This document shows, piece after piece, positions 57,241-64,000 of a stretch of DNA of 64,000 bases. This DNA comes from the human T2T-CHM13v2.0 reference genome, Homo sapiens. The stretch lies in the NCBI RefSeq assembly GCF_009914755.1, contig NC_060948.1. One strand, given 5' to 3'. Each line of letters begins with the position of its first letter. The first letter of the stretch is position 1. The notes under the pieces were generated by a model. That model did no database searches. It was not told the DNA's origin and saw only the letters and a list, made by a program, of their open reading frames with translations. Made by a program: the position numbers and the translations under genes.

Positions 57241-58761
57241 GCTGTATGAGACATACAAACATAATTTTAAAGAAATTAATGAAATTCTTATTCTGAGATG
57301 AAAGATTGTTTGACTATAATTTTAAGGTCACTTAAAATTATACCAGGCCATAAATATAAATGTGTAAGGCAATGAATACAGTTTGACATTTTTACCATGT
57401 ACTCAGGAAATTGCATCTTACTTGAAATACTGTTTTAAAGCCATCTTATGTTTATGATTTTATATAAAACAAATTGTATAGTTTATATAACAGGTGTTAT
57501 TTTTTCCCCAATTTGTAACCTAGAAGAGATACACATTTATCTCAATGTCTAGATCCACACAATGAATGATTGCCACCGAAATATACTGGAACCATCAGCA
57601 TAGTTGGGGTCTTCTATAATTTTTGACTTATACGAAGCTCCAGGATAAATCAGATTAAAGGCACAGTAATAACCATATTTTAAGTATTAAAGTATTGTAC
57701 CAGAAAAGCAGTAGCTGTACATGAAATATCAATATATAAAAAACTACTTGGTAACTATATATGAATCACCTTACTAATATATGTCCATATATATGTATAC
57801 ATAAATGTGTGCATATTACATATAAGTATACGTACTTATAATCATATACAATGGTAGAGGAAATAACACCAGTAAATCAACTGAACAAAAGATTGATCAC
57901 AAATGACGTAGGCTTAGATCACATGTCTGAAGCAAAGAGAATGTAGTGAAAGTCATTAGCCATTTATGAAGATTAAATTATGTTATGCATAAGAATATTA
58001 TAACATGGAGAGTATTAATGAAAAAAGTCTATTTTCTCATCTTTATAACAATGTCAAATTTACAGATATTTTTTTTAATAAATACCATAATTTATCCACA
58101 GATATTTACACTCAGCCATGTTTTAGATAAAATTTATATACAACCTACATAATAAAATAGCCTACCAGGGTTACTTTATTACAATCATAATTACTTGGTC
58201 ACCACTATTTTTACCATCTTTTGTGAACCGTGCTGTTTGACTCTTGACTGGTCATTGGCAATACAAAATATTTATGAAAAACACACATGGTAGGTGATGG
58301 GCTTTTGATTGATGCTGTGGCAATAGTTGGCAACATCAGAAAAGTGAACCCATAATTGTAGAAAACTGTACACCATTCTACCTAGTTTCATGAAACAATT
58401 TTGTAAAATATAGAAATGCCAGAAAAGCAATTTTGATAGTTATAACCAAATAACTGAAATACATATTGTTTGACAGTTTAACTTAGTAAAGGATGTAGCT
58501 GAAAAGACATTGTTTGCTAGTATAGATATTAATAATATCTATCAATTTAATTACTAAATCCCTAGAAGGAAAATAGTGTTAGAAATGTTACTGCAGATAC
58601 AAGAGAGAGAAATAACTAGATGGGCTTTATCAAAAGTTACATGTTACAAATTTTTAAATGCTCTAAGTATGTGCTTTTGTAGTATGCAACATTTTTCTCA
58701 TTTCAATTATGAAGAAAATATGAGCATGCCAGGTATATTTTCTGAAACCTGAAATTTGAAC

Positions 58762-58842
58762 AGTTTGGGAGGCTGAGGAAGGAAGATTCCTTGAGGCTAG
58801 GATTTAAAGAGTAGTCTGGGTAACATAGTGAGGCCAACCTCT
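58762..58842 (+). mobile_element. Alu left-monomer (FLAM/AluJ) fragment
   Basis: 'tttgggaggctgaggaaggaagattccttgaggctagga...ctgggtaacatagtgag'. Confidence 0.7.
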
Positions 58843-58844
58843 GG

Positions 58845-60384
58845 TTTTTTTTTTTTTAATTATTATTATACTTTAAGTTCTGGTGTACATGTGCAGAATG
58901 TGCAGTTTTGTTACTAGGTATACATGTGCTCTGGTGGTTTGCTGCACCCATCAACCTGTCACCTACATTAGGTATTTCTCCTAATTCTGCCCCTCCCCTA
59001 TACCTCCACCCCCCGACAGGCCCCAGAGTGTGGTGTTCCCCTCCCTGTGTCCATATGATCTCCTTGTTCAACTCCCACTTATAAGTGAGAACATGCACTG
59101 TTTTGTTTTCTGTTCTTGTGTTAGTTTGCTGAGAATGATGGTTTCCAGCTTCATCCATGTCCCAGAAAAGGACATGAACTCATCCTTTTTTATGGCTGTA
59201 TAGTATTTCATGGTGTATATGTGCCACATTTTCTTTATCCAGTCTATCATTGATGGGCATTTGGATTGGTTCCAAGTCTTTGCTATTGTGAATAGTGCTG
59301 CAATAAACATATGTGTGCATGTGTCTTTACAGTAGAATGATTTATAATCCTTTGGGTATGTACCCAGTAATGGAATTGCTGGGTCAAATGGTATTTCTGG
59401 TTCTAGATCCTTGAGGAAGCGCCACACTATCTTCTGCACTGGTTGAATTAATTTACATTTCCAGCAACAGTGTAAAAACGTTCCTATTTCTCCACATCCT
59501 CTCCAGCATCTGTTGTTTCCTGACTTTTTAATGATGCCCATTCTAAATGGTGTGAGATGCTATCTCATTGTGCTTTTGATTTGCATATCTCTATGGACCA
59601 GTGATGATGAGCTTTTTTTCATATGTTTGTTGCTGCATAAATGTCTTCTTTTGAGAAGTGTCTGTTCATATATTTTGCCCACTTTTTGATGGGATTGTTT
59701 GATTTTTTTTTGTTTTCATTGGTTGGTCTCATCTCACCAAGCTTGAGCATCCTAGATCCATCTCAGACTGCTAGACTGCTACGGTGCTGGCCGTGAGAAT
59801 TACAAGCCAGTGGATCTTAGTTTGCTCCAGTCCATGGGGCAGGGCAGGGGTGGCGGGGGTGGGGAGCAACTCGCGGAGTCAGGCCACTTGGCTCCCTGAC
59901 TTCAGCTCACCTTTCCAGGGGAGCGAACGGTTTTGTATCGCTGGCGTTGGAGGTGCCACTGGGGTATAGAAAACAAACAAACAAACAAACAAAAAAACTC
60001 TTGCAGCTAGTTTGATGTCTGCCCAGTTTCATGCTTGAAACCCAGGGCCCTGGTGGGGTAGATACCAGAGGGAATCTCCTGGTCTCAGGTTGCGAAGACC
60101 GTGGGACAAGAGCAGTATCTGGGCCGGAGTGTGCATGGTTTCCCAGGTTCAGTCCCTCACAGCTTCCCTTGGGTAGGGGTGAAAATTCCCCTACCCTTTG
60201 CATTTTCTGGGTAATAGCAATGCCCTACCCTGCTTTGACTCGCCCTCTGTGGGCTGCGCCCACCGTCCACCCAGTCCCAATGAGTTAAACTGGGTACTTC
60301 AGGTGGAAATTTACCCACCTTCTGCATCGATCTTTCTGGGAGCTGCAGACCGAAGCTGTTCCTATTAGGCCATCTTGCCAGCAA
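58845..60384 (-). mobile_element. L1PA7/8-age element: 5'UTR joined directly to ORF2 end/3'UTR
   Basis: polyT, 3'UTR and ORF2 C-terminus at 58845-~59712. 5'UTR at ~59738-60384 ends in the YY1 motif GCCATCTTG (60369-60377). Confidence 0.9.
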
Positions 60385-60527
60385 TCTTTCTTTTCTTTTC
60401 TTTTCTTTTCTTTTCTTTTCTTTTCTTTTCTTTTCTTTTCTTTTCTTTTCTTTTCTTTTCTTTTCTTTTCTTTTCTCTTCTCTTCTTTTCTTTTCTCTTC
60501 TCTTCTTTTCTTTTCTTTTTTTTTTTT
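60385..60527. repeat. (TTTTC)n/(TCTTC)n pentanucleotide tract
   Basis: Read directly; it ends in polyT. Confidence 0.97.
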
Positions 60528-60529
60528 AC

Positions 60530-60744
60530 AAAGGGCATCATAGGTAGAAAAACTACCTACTGGGTACCATACCCATTACATCTTTGACAGAATCCATACC
60601 CCAAAGTCAGCATCACACAACGTGCCCACTTAGCAAGGTTGCACATGTTCGGCTCGTGGCAACCTCTGTCTCCCTAGTTCAAGTGATTCTCCTGCCTCAG
60701 CTTCCTGGGTAGCTGGAACTACAGGCACGTGCTACCACGCCCAC
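60530..60744. mobile_element. L1 3'UTR fragment (+, ~60530-60647) fused to an Alu right-arm fragment (-, ~60648-60744)
   Basis: 'aaaaactacctactgggtac...tcagcatcacacaa...tgcacatg' then 'ttcaagtgattctcctgcctcagc'. Confidence 0.75.
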
Positions 60745-60754
60745 CCAGAAATTT

Positions 60755-61100
60755 GATACTGCAAGCAAATGGGATGGAGGGGTACTCTCATGAGCTACAG
60801 AAAGAATGGGTAGGGGTTAAGATAAAACACAAGGCAAATTTATTAGAGTTATTAAAAAGCCAGCAATGGTGATCTTCTTGCTGGTCTTGCCATTCCTGTA
60901 CAGAAGTGCTCCATGGCTTCTGCAATGCTTACACCATCTTTCACCTTGCCAAAACTAAATTTTACCTTGCCAAGGGCAGTTTTATTCTGTCTTTAAACTT
61001 TGCAAACAGCTTGATGGAGACACAAACCAAAAGCTTACTGTTGACTGTGATATGGAAAATCACCATGGGGCTCACTGTGGCTGGTGGTGTTGGCATCTGT
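60755..61100 (-). pseudogene. PPIA: PPIA (cyclophilin A) processed pseudogene with a large central deletion
   Basis: Minus strand 'aggaatggcaagaccagcaagaagatcaccattgctg' (RNGKTSKKITIA) and PPIA 3'UTR 'ttgtgttttatcttaacc...ctgtagctca...ccatttgcttgcagtatc'. N-terminus VSPMVIFHITVNSKLLVCVSIKLFA resembles [25 protein letters not shown]. The start ATG is now ACA (61076-61078). Intronless. Confidence 0.93.
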
Positions 61101-61111
61101 GAAGGATCTCA

Positions 61112-62400
61112 CAGTTTCTTTACTTTCTTTCTGAGTCTCACATTTATCTCCAGACATCACCAAACAGTGTGAGAAGCCCATGACAGCCCTCCCTGAAAAG
61201 ATACCATACAGAATCTCTATTTTGGTTGTGCAGATGTGGCTTGCAGTGCTAACTCCATATTGCTGGTCTTGAATTTCCAGCAGAAGTTTGTCTTGTCCTG
61301 GGGCTTCAGTGGTTATAATCTTGAAGATGAAAGAGGAAAAGTTATTTTCCCCAAATTATTTTACTTCTCAGGGCATGGAGCACCCAAATAAATGCTGGTT
61401 ACAACTGATTATTTGCCATCAGTAAAGAGGAGGCTGTATTTTTCTGGAAGGACATCAACACTTTTCATGAGTCTGCCATAAGGCTGAAAGCAGTGCTGAA
61501 CCTCTAGGGCTGGAGAACTCAGAGCCTGGCTCATGGGAAGCATAACATTATAGTGGCTGAATGACACCTAGTTGTGTCTGCAGTGGTGAACTGCAGAGAT
61601 CACAAGCCCACATCTTCCTCTGTACAATGACATTTGGTACTGGCAAAACCTGTGTTTCTTCTTTTTCATAGATAGCCAAGTGCCTGGGCACCAGATGTCA
61701 GACTCTATCCACAGAACTCAGGGGACAAATTTCCTGTCAAAAATTGTGTCCCAGCAAATCATACTCAGGGCTTCTCACAAAATGGAGGTTTTCTTCTGTA
61801 TCCTTGATTACACTGAATTCAGCCCCTAAAGCCATTTTTTTTTGGTGATTGGTTGGTCTGGTGCATTATTTACCCAGGGCTAGAAACTGTATCTGCTGAT
61901 AGCTGAGGCTCAGGTGCCACATCTTTTTCTTTCCTAATGCAGCAAATACGGAGCTGGTTTTCATCAGTGCCAGGTGTGTATTTCTGACCACATGCTGTTG
62001 ACAAAATAACCTCATGACTGACACCCTCCACGAATTTACAGGCTTCAACATTTTTGGTGTCATTGTCTTTCAACTGTCCCTTTTCATTTGTACCCCAGCC
62101 AGAATGCTTCCCTTCTGTGGCTATGAGAGGGCTGTAGGCCACACATAAGCCCCAAATCACTTACCTCTGATGAAGATTATGGTAAGCACTTTGTTGTTTA
62201 TGGGCTTCTTTTCCACCTATCAATTCCCAGTTGGTTGCCCCCAAAATGAAGGCTGCCATTTCCACGTAGACCCTTCAAGTTTGTCATACTTCTTTGTGTG
62301 CTCAGCTTTGTAGTGACCACAGCTGTGCCACCTGCTTTGCTGGCTGCTGGGTCTGCTGGGAAGGGTGATTTCTCTGCAATGGCCACGTCAAGCTTCAGAA
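61112..62400 (-). pseudogene. RCC2: RCC2 (TD-60) processed pseudogene with an internal inversion (~61230-61622 on +)
   Basis: Peptides KAGGTAVV, LIATEGKHSGWGTNEKGQL..DTKNVEA..EGVSHEVILSTACG and HLALMKTSSVFA match recalled RCC2. It is intronless with frameshifts, reaches ...ET.K...KKL near the C-terminus, and is cut at the 5' side by an L1PA. Confidence 0.92.
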
Positions 62401-62404
62401 CATC

Positions 62405-64000
<1,596 letters not shown>

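Noticed and set aside
57821-57840. Small hairpin TATAAGTA-TACG-TACTTATA, and the AT palindrome near 50910-50937
   Set aside because: Short stems in TA-rich sequence are expected by chance.
61100-62400. CDY or another Y ampliconic retrogene
   Set aside because: The peptides match RCC2 RCC1-like repeats, not chromodomain or crotonase sequences.

Overview
Primate (hominoid-type) nuclear DNA made almost entirely of nested, decayed interspersed repeats: L1PA/PB/MA/M, Alu, ERV1/ERVK/MaLR LTR elements and an HSMAR2 mariner. There is no intact protein-coding gene, RNA gene or CRISPR array. Nearly all listed ORFs are repeat-derived. Three gene remnants are recognisable, all minus strand: the terminal-exon part of an HSFY paralogue (~6.55-7.05 kb), a PPIA/cyclophilin A retrocopy (~60.75-61.10 kb) and an RCC2 retrocopy (~61.1-62.4 kb). 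HSFY and the repeat density suggest a Y chromosome or Y-paralogous segment (inference). I found no convincing new functional system. The most unusual structure is a head-to-tail RCC2-to-PPIA junction whose reading frames line up across a single TGA, with a ~395 bp inversion inside RCC2. Other notable items are an unidentified chain of exon-like segments with an 18-bp hairpin (56-58 kb), an internally inverted HSMAR2, a twin-primed L1 and a TSD-less young AluY. Family names come from recalled consensus sequences, not a database search, and many repeat boundaries are approximate.
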